The translations under genes and the position numbers were made by a program. A DNA stretch of 64,000 bases from Nitrospiraceae bacterium (GTDB lineage Bacteria > Nitrospirota > Nitrospiria > Nitrospirales > Nitrospiraceae). Each line of letters opens with the position of its first letter. Within the stretch, counting starts at the first letter, position 1. The notes below the pieces were generated by a model. That model had not been told where the DNA came from. It was given only the letters and a program-made list of their open reading frames with translations, and did not search any database. Below are positions 40,400 through 49,564 of the stretch, piece after piece. Location: contig JANRMO010000001.1 of NCBI GenBank assembly GCA_040981105.1, positions 163,343 through 227,342 of the forward strand, given 5' to 3'.

Positions 40400-41911
40400 A
40401 TGCTGCGATATACAGGTCATCCAATTGCCGATGTCGGCGTGGCAACGTTATCGGCGTTCTGCGAGAAACCTGATCCTTCGACTTTAACCAAGAAAGATCT
40501 GCTTAAGGTGGCAAACTTTCTGGAGAAGGAATACTTCTCGGGGAAACTGCTCTCATATCTCACCTGTGTCTTTCCGAACGCTGCTTATGTTCAACCAGGT
40601 GCGCAGCCCGGTGCAAAAATAAAAATGAAATCCGAAAATATCGCGCAATTTAAACGACAAGTCCTCTATGCATTTCAGGAACCACCTGATCCTCACGCAT
40701 CAGGCCTTCGCTGTATATTCTCTGGTGAACCAGCTAGCCGGATCGTCTACAGACAACACGTGCCGATGATCACGGGGGAGGACGTTCTCAACTTTTTCCC
40801 TGCAGGCACCGGCGGCCTGCCTATTTCAGGTGCCTATCTTCTGGCAATCCAAGCTTTCCCTATGGGCGCTCGTCGTTGTTACGGGCGGGCCTTGGCAGTT
40901 CATTGTCCCGATGATCCGAAGCTTACCTATGCCTTCGCTCACCGGTTCCTCAACGATAATCGAAAGCTCCTCCTTTTAACTGACAAGTCTAAAGAAAAAT
41001 ATCTCGATGCAAAGGCCCCGAAAACCTTAATTGTCCATGTTCTATTAGAAATTGAACACGAGCGCCGAGAATGGAGTGAGGACGAACCGGCACCATCAGT
41101 CACGGTGTATCACCTGACCAATTCCGGTCAAGGCCCTGATATTGATCTTTTCCAACTTCCTTCTGAGGTCGTCAAATTCATCCGCGCAGTATCTCGAGCT
41201 GGTACGAGTCAGGTTTGGCAAAAGATACAGTCTTCGGCGAGAGAGAGAACTTCAGAGGATGACAAGCAGAAGAAAAGCAAGGGGAGAAAGAAACACAAAC
41301 AAGCTACAAACACGCACGGAGAGAAACCCTGGAACCCTGAAATGAATCGTAACTATCTCTATGATGACCTATTTGATCTACCAGCCAATGCAGCCCGCTT
41401 TGTCCGCACCTATTTTCTTCGTCAAGCCCATCGGTTCGCACGCGAGAGCGACCCGCGCCGGGACTATCACTTAACCCGGCAATTCGATCTCGTCTCCTGG
41501 GACATAACACGCCTATTTCTGAAGGAGGTGATTGGAATGGAAAAGAGCCGGATTGAGGCGATCCGTTCACTTGGCGATCGGGTCGCTCAACACATCGCAT
41601 TGGACAACGACCGACGCCTTTTTCAGGGACTTTATCGGGCCAATCGGTATGTGATCTTGAGGAATCTGCTCATCAAAGCCTCCAACGTCCGTCTCAAGAA
41701 GGGACAACCTCCTTTACTGGGGCTGGATGAGTTCCTGCTCGTCTTTGAAGAAGGAGAGGAATTGGCCAGAACAGACTGGACGCTGGCCAGAGACCTGGTG
41801 TTGATTCGGGTCATTGAAGAATTGCATCGGCAGGGCTGGTTTGGCAAACAACCCGATGCGCTTCAGGAACTAGAAACCGAAGATGAAGCTGCAAATCTGG
41901 CAGCATCATAA
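40400..41911 (+). CDS. cas8b1: Type I-B large subunit Cas8b1/Cst1 family
   Basis: YTGHPIADVG, FPN, CIFSG, VPMITG...NFFP, HLTNSGQ; position before cas7. Confidence 0.8.
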   Translation: MLRYTGHPIADVGVATLSAFCEKPDPSTLTKKDLLKVANFLEKEYFSGKLLSYLTCVFPNAAYVQPGAQPGAKIKMKSENIAQFKRQVLYAFQEPPDPHASGLRCIFSGEPASRIVYRQHVPMITGEDVLNFFPAGTGGLPISGAYLLAIQAFPMGARRCYGRALAVHCPDDPKLTYAFAHRFLNDNRKLLLLTDKSKEKYLDAKAPKTLIVHVLLEIEHERREWSEDEPAPSVTVYHLTNSGQGPDIDLFQLPSEVVKFIRAVSRAGTSQVWQKIQSSARERTSEDDKQKKSKGRKKHKQATNTHGEKPWNPEMNRNYLYDDLFDLPANAARFVRTYFLRQAHRFARESDPRRDYHLTRQFDLVSWDITRLFLKEVIGMEKSRIEAIRSLGDRVAQHIALDNDRRLFQGLYRANRYVILRNLLIKASNVRLKKGQPPLLGLDEFLLVFEEGEELARTDWTLARDLVLIRVIEELHRQGWFGKQPDALQELETEDEAANLAAS

Positions 41912-41961
41912 GTATCCCTGCAAACAGGGAATCCGCTTTTGAGGAAAAGGAGGAGCGAGAC

Positions 41962-43059
41962 ATGGCTTTTGTCACTGGAATGATGTTAATCGATGCTCCA
42001 GCATCGGCGCTGAACAATGCTGGGAAGGACGAGACAGCACGGGTTGAAAATGCAATGGCTGTGAAATTTATACGCACGCCAACTGGGCCAATTCCATATG
42101 TGTCGGCACAGGCGGTTCGATATTGGCTGAGAGAAACTCTTTCGAAAAACGATGCTGCCTGGGCAATGGCACCAACGTACAAGGAAAACGAAAACCTTGC
42201 CTATCCAGCCAGCAACCCGATCGAGTATTGGGATGACGATTTGTTTGGATACATGCGCGCACCAGATTCCAAGTCTAAAGATCGTCGCCAGAAAGATCCA
42301 AATTATCAAAAGCTAACGCCGCTGGAAGAAAAGAAAGGGAAGGAAGTCAGTATAACGCGAATCTCTCCATTTAGGGTTGGTACTCTGGTCTCTCTTGGGC
42401 CAGTAAAGCTTGTCGAAGATTGGGGAACAATGGCTCGGCATGATGGAGACCCCGTTCTCTATCAGCACCAATTCTATAGAGCGACCCTCCAAGGACTCTT
42501 TTCGCTCAACCTGACCACTGCCGGCACATTTTTCAACGGAGGGCGAGTTGGTTATCGGAATCTTGATGAAAACCGCATTCAAATTGCTAGGGAACGGCAC
42601 CTTCAAGAGGCAACAGTTTATGGACAACCTGCTTTCCGTTTATCCCACCAAGACCGAGCTAAACGTGTCGCATCCCTGATACGTGCGATCGGCGAGATGG
42701 AAGGTGGCGCTAAGTTGACGCTCCACTATACTGACGTAACACCGAGTCTGATTTTTGCTGCCGTCACGCGATCTGGCAACCATCCCTTTTACCGAATCGT
42801 CTGCGCCAATAGTAATGGTCAACCTGCGATCAGTCTCGATGCGCTAAAAGAAATTTTGAAGGTCTACAAGGACCAACTTCTTTCTGATGTATTTGTGGGA
42901 TGGGCTAAGGGTTACTTGGATGATCATCGGCAGGCCGTCGAATTGCTGAGCGATGCTGAGCGATCTAGCATTAAATTCCGGTGGGGGCACCCGCGGGAGG
43001 CAATGATCGCTCTGGCAGAAGAACTCAAACAAAGCAATAACAAGAAATGGTACGACTGA
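41962..43059 (+). CDS. cas7: Cas7/Cst2/DevR
   Basis: APASALNN, PYVSAQAVRYWLRETL, NPIEYWDDDLFGYM, TRISPF. Confidence 0.92.
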   Translation: MAFVTGMMLIDAPASALNNAGKDETARVENAMAVKFIRTPTGPIPYVSAQAVRYWLRETLSKNDAAWAMAPTYKENENLAYPASNPIEYWDDDLFGYMRAPDSKSKDRRQKDPNYQKLTPLEEKKGKEVSITRISPFRVGTLVSLGPVKLVEDWGTMARHDGDPVLYQHQFYRATLQGLFSLNLTTAGTFFNGGRVGYRNLDENRIQIARERHLQEATVYGQPAFRLSHQDRAKRVASLIRAIGEMEGGAKLTLHYTDVTPSLIFAAVTRSGNHPFYRIVCANSNGQPAISLDALKEILKVYKDQLLSDVFVGWAKGYLDDHRQAVELLSDAERSSIKFRWGHPREAMIALAEELKQSNNKKWYD

Positions 43060-43060
43060 C

Positions 43061-43819
43061 ATGCGAGTCCTTCGCATTGAGATAGAAGCGCCAACCTGCT
43101 CCTTTCGTTACCCCCACTTCTTGGTTGGACGCCAGTTAAGCTTTGACATGCCTCCTCCCTCTACAATATTTGGCCATATTGCCAGCGCCTTGGGAGAATG
43201 GCCGGACTCAACAAGTCTCCAGTTTGCTTATTGGTTTACGGCCCTTGGCAAAGGGGAGGATTTGGAAAATCAGCAGATTGTGGTTCCTGCTGGAGGACGG
43301 TTTCAAGTTGGGAGAGAAACACACTCAACTGTTCTTAATGCTACCGTGCAGCCTACTCGTCGGGAGTTTCTTTTGGGAGCCAGGCTTGTTCTCTATCTGA
43401 ACCGAATAGACCTCGCTGATGCATTCTTACAACCCCGCTTTCCGGTCGTCTTGGGACGCTCGCAGGACCTGGCCTGCTATAGCAAAGTTGAAGAAGCCAC
43501 ACTTGAACGGTCAGACCGTGGATACTTCGAGGCAACGATTCTGCCTTCTCATTTCCGCAGGCGAACCGCACGCGGCACCACCGTCTTGATGCCGCGCTAT
43601 ATCGGTCCCCCACCACAGAGAGAACCAGTTTTCGATCGCTTCATCCTTCTCCGGGATATTGTTTACTACTCGTCAGTCGAAGAAGGCAACCTGTTTGGCT
43701 CCCGACAGGTGTTGCACATCAAAAACGAGCCTTTGGAGCTTTGGATTGACCCCCAATCACCTCCAAAACATGGAACCCATAGAATTGTGTGGTTTCACAG
43801 TTTCACAGGTAGTTCATAA
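43061..43819 (+). CDS. cas5: Cas5
   Basis: SFRYP, PPPSTIFG, RREFL, VVLGRSQD. Confidence 0.92.
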   Translation: MRVLRIEIEAPTCSFRYPHFLVGRQLSFDMPPPSTIFGHIASALGEWPDSTSLQFAYWFTALGKGEDLENQQIVVPAGGRFQVGRETHSTVLNATVQPTRREFLLGARLVLYLNRIDLADAFLQPRFPVVLGRSQDLACYSKVEEATLERSDRGYFEATILPSHFRRRTARGTTVLMPRYIGPPPQREPVFDRFILLRDIVYYSSVEEGNLFGSRQVLHIKNEPLELWIDPQSPPKHGTHRIVWFHSFTGSS

Positions 43820-43823
43820 AACA

Positions 43824-46169
43824 GTGGACACTGACCACAAGACAACCCTGGCGGAAATTTGGGCTAAAAGTCCACGGCCTGGTTCGACTCGAGGAGAAAC
43901 CCTTATAGGCCATACCGCTGCGGTCGTAGCTCGCTTAGGCGATCTTCACGAACTATTTCCTAACCTTGCCGAGCGAGTGGGCGAGCCTCGCCTGTGGCAT
44001 CGAGCGTTCTGGGCATGCGTTCTGCATGATATGGGGAAAATCGCGAAAGGGTTCCAAGCTCAACTCCGCCCGGGTGGAGAATCATGGGGGCAACGCCATG
44101 AAATCCTCTCGCTAGCATTTATTGAATGGGCTCTGCCTGATGGCAATGAAGGCGACCATCCATGGGTTGCAGCCGGTATTGCCTCGCATCATCGGGACAT
44201 CAGTGACATCACTCGACTTTACTCTGAACTTGATGATTCCGAAGACGACCCTGTCTCCTCTCTGTTGGCAGAGGTGAGTGACCCCATAGTGGAAGCTGTT
44301 GCGAACTGGATAGCAATAGATTCTTCTAAATTAGCAAGGAAGAACAAACTGCCAGAGCTTGAAGTCTTTCCTGACCTGCCAGCACACCCCGCAGCCAATT
44401 TTCGTGAACTTGCAGTCTCGAGAATTCACAATGCATTAAAGGCTTACCGACGGCTTGTCCGGAAACTTGGAGAGCAACCTTCCTCGTCATCCGAAAACCT
44501 CACCGCCCTTGTCCTTCGCGGACTCGTTCTTCTCGCAGACCACACTGCTTCTGCTCATGTACGCCCTGCAGATCTCCCGTTTAAGAATATAGAGGAAATG
44601 GTGAAGATCTTGGGCCTGGGCCGCACAGATGCACTCTTTCCACACCAACGGGAGGCAGCATCGCGCTCTGGGCATGCTCTGCTCGTTGCTCCAACGGGGA
44701 GTGGGAAAACGGAAGCCGCGATTCTCTGGAGCGTCAATCAAAAGGCGAACGGTGATTGCCGTGGACGCATCTATTATCTCCTCCCCTATCAAGCTAGTCT
44801 CAATGCCATGCACGCTCGGCTCTCTCGCCATTTTCCTGAAAGCGTTTCACTCCAGCACTCCCGCGCACTTCAGGCTCTTTATCGAAACCTTTTGGAGAAA
44901 GGGTATGTCCCAGAGAAGGCAGAGATCGTCGCGCACCGCGAACAGGCTCTTGCTCGTCTCTGTCATCATCCGATACGGGTTCTGACTCCCTATCAACTTC
45001 TCCGTGGAGCCTTTCGATTGAAAGGCTACGAAGCACTGCTCACAGACGCGGTTGATGGTCTTTTCATCTTTGATGAGATCCATGCTTATGAACCAAAGCG
45101 GCTGGGCATGATCTTAGGCATGATTGAACATCTTCGAAGAAATCTTGGAGGCCGATTCTTGATTATGTCGGCAACCTTTCCGTCGATACTCGCCGGAGTT
45201 CTTCACCGAGTTCTTGGAGAGGTCGTGCATGTCAGTGCAGGAGATGCCCTCTTTAAACAATTCGCCCGTCATACCATAAGAATTGTGAAGGGCAGGATCA
45301 CAGAACCCGCCGTTCTAGAACAAATCGCACAGCGTGCGTCCGGAGGTGAATCAGTACTGGTTGTCTGCAATACAGTTGCTACTGCAATCAATGTTCATCG
45401 CGCTCTTAGTGAACCACTCTCATCGATCGCTATTGTGTCTGAGCTTATCCATGGCCGCTTTAACGCCCGAGATCGATTTGGCAAAGAACAAAATCTTCTT
45501 ATGAAGATGGGAACCCGCAATCGACAGCAAACAGCGACCCCGGCAGTCCTTGTCGCTACTCAGGTTGTTGAGGTCAGTCTGGATATTGACTTTGACACAA
45601 TCTTCACAGAGCCGGCGCCTCTTGAATCACTGATTCAGCGTTTTGGGCGAGTAAACAGAGGTCGTCGTCATACTTCGTGTGACGTTCATGTCGTAACAGA
45701 GCCTCTGGGGGGTCAAGGTGTCTATGAGAAAGAGTATGTTGCCGGTTCGCTTCGGATACTGGAAGAAAACGCCAATACAATTATTAATGAGTCGCAGATT
45801 GGTCCCTGGCTCGACAGAATATATGCTGGCGCTATTCACGAAAAATGGGCTAAGGAAGTATCAGACTGCCAGGAGGAGTTTGCCGTAGCATGCCTGGCAA
45901 ACCTTCGCGCTTTCCAATCGAGCGATGAGTTGGCGGAAGCATTCGACAAGATGTTCGATGGCACAGAAGTGCTGCCAAAGGTACTTGTGACGGAGTACGA
46001 AAATGCACTCGACCAGGACCCATTGCGTTCCGGTGAACTCCTTGTTCCAATCTCCTCTGGCCAATTCTGGCAACTTCGACGAGCCGATAAGGTGTTAAGC
46101 TCATCTGGCGCAGATCCTATTGTTGTGGATGTGCCCTATGATTCGATCCATGGGCTAAAATTGAACTAA
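43824..46169 (+). CDS. cas3: Cas3 HD nuclease-helicase
   Basis: WAKS, TLIGHT, LHDMGK, APTGSGKT, DEIH, MSAT, ATQVVEVSLDID, QRFGRVNR; GTG start inferred. Confidence 0.95.
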   Translation: MDTDHKTTLAEIWAKSPRPGSTRGETLIGHTAAVVARLGDLHELFPNLAERVGEPRLWHRAFWACVLHDMGKIAKGFQAQLRPGGESWGQRHEILSLAFIEWALPDGNEGDHPWVAAGIASHHRDISDITRLYSELDDSEDDPVSSLLAEVSDPIVEAVANWIAIDSSKLARKNKLPELEVFPDLPAHPAANFRELAVSRIHNALKAYRRLVRKLGEQPSSSSENLTALVLRGLVLLADHTASAHVRPADLPFKNIEEMVKILGLGRTDALFPHQREAASRSGHALLVAPTGSGKTEAAILWSVNQKANGDCRGRIYYLLPYQASLNAMHARLSRHFPESVSLQHSRALQALYRNLLEKGYVPEKAEIVAHREQALARLCHHPIRVLTPYQLLRGAFRLKGYEALLTDAVDGLFIFDEIHAYEPKRLGMILGMIEHLRRNLGGRFLIMSATFPSILAGVLHRVLGEVVHVSAGDALFKQFARHTIRIVKGRITEPAVLEQIAQRASGGESVLVVCNTVATAINVHRALSEPLSSIAIVSELIHGRFNARDRFGKEQNLLMKMGTRNRQQTATPAVLVATQVVEVSLDIDFDTIFTEPAPLESLIQRFGRVNRGRRHTSCDVHVVTEPLGGQGVYEKEYVAGSLRILEENANTIINESQIGPWLDRIYAGAIHEKWAKEVSDCQEEFAVACLANLRAFQSSDELAEAFDKMFDGTEVLPKVLVTEYENALDQDPLRSGELLVPISSGQFWQLRRADKVLSSSGADPIVVDVPYDSIHGLKLN

Positions 46170-46375
46170 TCTTTGGGAGATTTCAGTACTCCTCGCTTTC
46201 TCCGAGCGGCCTGCCTATGCCCTGGCCTGCCTGCAGGGCTGCGGGCAGGCAGACAGGCGCTGCTGCTTCTGGAACTCTGGCGGCGGTCTTTCAGACATGC
46301 GGAATGAGATGACCAACAGCCGGCATTTGGCGATAATGCTGGGCATGCGCTGGAGATGACAATGGAGAACAGGCC

Positions 46376-46590
46376 ATGAAGACGTACAAAGGCATCGTGA
46401 AAGGCAACACGGTGGTGCTCAAGGACAAACTGGATGTGGCGACGGGACTGAGGCCCTCGTGCTCGTGAAGGCCACGGAGGAAGAAGAACAGGACATCATC
46501 AACCGCCAAAAAGCCATGCTGGAAACTGGATTTGCGATGGGGAAGCTCCAGTATCGGAAGCGAGACGAGCTGCATGAGGATAGAGAATAG
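46376..46590 (+). pseudogene. Frameshifted paralog of the adjacent antitoxin
   Basis: MKTYKGIVKGNTVVL, 1-nt frameshift near 46440, then DGTEALVLVK..RQKAML..GKLQYRKRDELHE, parallel to the 46617 protein. Confidence 0.7.
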
Positions 46591-46616
46591 GTTTATTGCC
46601 GTGGAGGAACCTAACG

Positions 46617-46835
46617 ATGAAAGTTTACAGAGGAGTCATCAAAGGCAACACGATTGTCTTAGAAGAGAGGCCTGACTTGCCGGATGAGTGTCAGGCTCTA
46701 GTCGAGATCAAGCCGCTCGATCAGGCCGCAAAAGACAACGAGATCACGAAGCGCCAGATTGAACTGTTGAAGCACCCGCATAAGGGTGGAAGGCTGCGCT
46801 ACCGCCGCCGCGAGGAACTTTATGACCGCTGGTGA
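46617..46835 (+). CDS. Putative VapB-type antitoxin
   Basis: MKVYRGVIKGNTIVL..RREELYDR; GGAGG RBS; overlaps the PIN gene. Confidence 0.75.
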   Translation: MKVYRGVIKGNTIVLEERPDLPDECQALVEIKPLDQAAKDNEITKRQIELLKHPHKGGRLRYRRREELYDRW

Positions 46836-47144
46836 GCGGCTTATTGATACCACTGTTCTGGTTCACGCCTACGTGCATTTGGACGCACGAAAGCAGACTG
46901 TCGCGCAAGCCCTTGTCCTCGCCATTTGGAATGACGGCGGCGGGCTCACAACCATACAAAACCTGTGCGAGTTCTTCGCTGTTGCGACGAGCAAGATCGA
47001 ACGCCCCATGCCGGTTGATCAGGCTGGACGCATCGTGAAAGAAATCCTCGGTTCGACGAAGTGGCGCGTCCTGGATCGGCGTCCGGGAACCGTTGTCCAG
47101 GCCATCGAGTTGGTTATACTCCATCGTGCCTCCTTCTGGGACGC
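46822..47144 (+). pseudogene. vapC: PIN/VapC toxin truncated by IS3
   Basis: LIDTTVLV, QNLCEF, SFWDA and then the IS left end. Confidence 0.8.
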
Positions 47145-47235
47145 AGAGGGGGCTCCGGAAATTCGGACAGTGTGGTAAGTGGTAGCCTGGCTTCACCACC
47201 GCCACCGCGAGGTGGCCGACGAGAGGAGCGAGGCA

Positions 47236-47535
47236 ATGAAACGCACGAGACGGAATCATGGCGCCACCTTCAAGGCGCAGGTCGCATTGGCCGCGGTCAA
47301 AGGCGACAAGACGCTCGCCGAGTTGGCCGAGCAATTCAGCGTCCACCCCACTCAGATCACCGAATGGAAGCAGCAACTGGTGGGCCGGGCGGCGGACGTG
47401 TTTGGCGGGACGAAACCGTCGTCGGAGGCACCGGATCTCAAGACGCTTCATGCGAAGATCGGGCAACTGGCGTTGGAGAATGATTTTTTAGAAGGCGCGC
47501 TCATCAAGGCGGGCTTGCTGAGCGCAAAGCGATGA
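47236..47535 (+). CDS. IS3 transposase OrfA
   Basis: RRNHGATFKAQVAL, HPTQITEWK, KIGQL; TTTTTTA slippery site at 47484-47490. Confidence 0.92.
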   Translation: MKRTRRNHGATFKAQVALAAVKGDKTLAELAEQFSVHPTQITEWKQQLVGRAADVFGGTKPSSEAPDLKTLHAKIGQLALENDFLEGALIKAGLLSAKR

Positions 47536-48362
47536 TCGATCGCACGCATCAATTACCAATCGGGCGGCAATGCCAACTGCTGAAGCTGGCCCGGTCCACG
47601 GTCTACTACCAGCCCGTGCCGGTGTCGTCGGAGACGCTGGCCCTGATGCGCCGGGTTGACGAACTGCATCTGCAGTATCCGTTTGCCGGCGCCCGGATGC
47701 TCCGGGATGTCCTCCGGGGCGAGGGCCATGGAGTCGGACGGCGCCATGTGGCGACGCTGATGCGGCGCATGGGGATCACGGCAGTCTACCGCAAACCCCG
47801 CACCAGTCACCGGCATCCCGCCCACCGGATCTATCCCTATCTGCTGCGCCAGCTCACGATCACGCGTCCGAACCACGTGTGGGCGGCGGATATCACCTAC
47901 ATCCCGATGCAGCGCGGCTTCGTCTATCTCTGTGCCATCCTGGACTGGGCCAGTCGCCGGGTGCTGGCGTGGCGGCTGTCCAATACGTTGACGACGGACT
48001 TCTGCGTGGAAGCCGTGCGGGAGGCGATCACCCGGTATGGTTGCCCGGAGATCTTCAACACCGATCAAGGCTGTCAGTTCACCAGTCAGGAATTCACCGG
48101 GCTTCTGACAGCCCACGGCATTCAGATCAGTATGGATGGAACCGGGCGTTGGCGCGACAATGTGTTCGTCGAACGGCTGTGGCGGAGCCTCAAATATGAA
48201 GAGGTCTATCTCCACGCCTACGAGACCGTTACCACGGCCCAACAGGGGTTAGGACGCTACCTGACTTTCTATAACCAGACGAGACCCCATCGGGCTCTTG
48301 ACGGGCGGACGCCGGATCGCGTGTACTTTGACAACCTGCCCGCACGGCACACTGCCGCGTAG
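47532..48362 (+). CDS. IS3 transposase OrfB (DDE)
   Basis: VWAADITYIP, FNTDQGCQFT, DNVFVERLWRSLKYE, YNQTRPH. Confidence 0.95.
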   Translation: MIDRTHQLPIGRQCQLLKLARSTVYYQPVPVSSETLALMRRVDELHLQYPFAGARMLRDVLRGEGHGVGRRHVATLMRRMGITAVYRKPRTSHRHPAHRIYPYLLRQLTITRPNHVWAADITYIPMQRGFVYLCAILDWASRRVLAWRLSNTLTTDFCVEAVREAITRYGCPEIFNTDQGCQFTSQEFTGLLTAHGIQISMDGTGRWRDNVFVERLWRSLKYEEVYLHAYETVTTAQQGLGRYLTFYNQTRPHRALDGRTPDRVYFDNLPARHTAA

Positions 48363-48467
48363 GCAAAACACCGCGAGGCGCCACTTAAGAACTGAAAGAT
48401 TCTGTCCAAACAAGCGGAGCCACCTCACTGGTCGGTTTGCCTCGATTGAACCGCTTTACGATCTCAA

Positions 48468-48489
48468 GTAGTATCTACACCGTATCTAC
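48468..48489 (+). promoter_or_regulatory. Putative MazE operator
   Basis: GTATCTAC direct repeat (48471, 48482) and GTAG-TAT-CTAC palindrome just upstream of the mazE RBS. Confidence 0.45.
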
Positions 48490-48513
48490 TCTAAGGAATG
48501 GAGGTCGGCAGAG

Positions 48514-48756
48514 ATGAAAACCACCGCCCAGAAGTGGGGCAACAGCTTGGCCATCCGAGTACCGAAGAGCATTGCCCAGCAGGCGGGGCTCAAGGTGAAA
48601 GATGATCTGGAGATCGAAGTACGAAAAGGCGCGCTTGTGCTAAGGCCGCACTTGCGTCGTGTCTATCGGCTCGAAGATCTGGTCAGGCGGATCACCCCGC
48701 GTAACGTCCACAGAGAGATTGACTTCGGCGGGCCAGTGGGCCGAGAGGCGTTGTGA
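48514..48756 (+). CDS. mazE: MazE/AbrB antitoxin
   Basis: KWGNSLAIRVP, YRLEDLV..IT..N.H.EIDFG..VGRE. Confidence 0.93.
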   Translation: MKTTAQKWGNSLAIRVPKSIAQQAGLKVKDDLEIEVRKGALVLRPHLRRVYRLEDLVRRITPRNVHREIDFGGPVGREAL

Positions 48757-49094
48757 AGAGCCGGCGGCCTTATGTGCCGGACCGTGGCGACATCGTCTGG
48801 CTGCAGTTTAGTCCACAAGTGGGCCATGAACAGGCCGGACATCGACCAGCCCTTGTGCTTTCTCCGGCCAGCTACAATCGCCGCAGCGGGCTCATGCTGT
48901 GTTGCCCGATGACTAGTCAGCGGAAGGACTATCCCTTCGAGGTGGTGATTCCGGGTGAACCGGATCAGAAAAGTGTCGTGCTCGCGGACCAGGTTAAGAG
49001 TCTGGATTGGAAAGCCCGGAAAGCGGTGAAAAAAGGGACTGCCCCGGTTGGCGTGATCGCGGATACACTCAGCAAACTTCAGACGTTGCTGTGA
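48753..49094 (+). CDS. mazF: MazF endoribonuclease toxin
   Basis: YVPDRGDIVW, GHEQAGHRPALVLSP..YN, CCPMTS, DQVKSLDW. Confidence 0.95.
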   Translation: MKSRRPYVPDRGDIVWLQFSPQVGHEQAGHRPALVLSPASYNRRSGLMLCCPMTSQRKDYPFEVVIPGEPDQKSVVLADQVKSLDWKARKAVKKGTAPVGVIADTLSKLQTLL

Positions 49095-49290
49095 CAATCA
49101 CAAGGGTTATCGCTAACTCTGATGCATAGGCGATTCGGAGAGCGTTGAGAAGGAAACAATGAGAAGCCCGGCCTTCGTCCTCCTGGTTCTTCTCGGGGCC
49201 TCTGTAAGTCAATACTCATGCCTGACCCTATTTGTTTTAACATCCTTCCGATCTCTCGGTTGTACCCGCCGCTCACCGGGCGTAGCTCCT

Positions 49291-49462
49291 CTATACCAAG
49301 CTTCGCTTGAACCGGTGGCTATTTTGCGCCTTATCGTAACTGACGCCACCGGAGAGACACCTCAAGTGTCTTTTCTCTTCTAACCGACCTTCGGTTGAAC
49401 CGCCGGCTCTTCAGGCGCAGCCTTCTTCATTGCCGCCCGCGGATAAACACCACCAGGGATTC
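49291..49462 (-). repeat. Two tandem copies of the two-hairpin element (cluster F)
   Basis: ATACCAAGCTTCGCTTGAACCGGTGGC..GCCACCGGAGAGACACC and ACCGACCTTCGGTTGAACCGCCGGC..GCCCGCGGATAAACACC. Confidence 0.85.
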
Positions 49463-49470
49463 CGCCCTTC

Positions 49471-49501
49471 CTTTCAATCCCAGTAAGACTCGATCGTACA
49501 C
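49471..49501 (-). CRISPR. Solitary CRISPR-repeat-like sequence (not an array)
   Basis: Reverse complement GTGTACGATCGAGTCTTACTGGGATTGAAAG resembles ~30-nt I-B/III repeats (GT..ATCG....TGGGATTGAAA[C/G]); single copy. Confidence 0.4.
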
Positions 49502-49564
49502 CTATCGCTACCTACACTTTACCCACAAGAAATGGATCGACGAATGAGGCTGGTCAAGCTTACC

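Larger units (their letters stand above)
47145..48427 (+). mobile_element. IS3-family insertion sequence (~1283 bp)
   Basis: Imperfect IRs AGAGGGGGCTCCGGAAATTCGGACAG / CTGTCCAAACAAGCGGAGCCACCTCA; orfA and orfB; no target duplication seen. Confidence 0.9.

Noticed and set aside
46209-46259. CCTGCCT...GGCAGGCAGACAGG imperfect palindrome after cas3
   Set aside because: Single degenerate copy; neither an array nor a clear terminator
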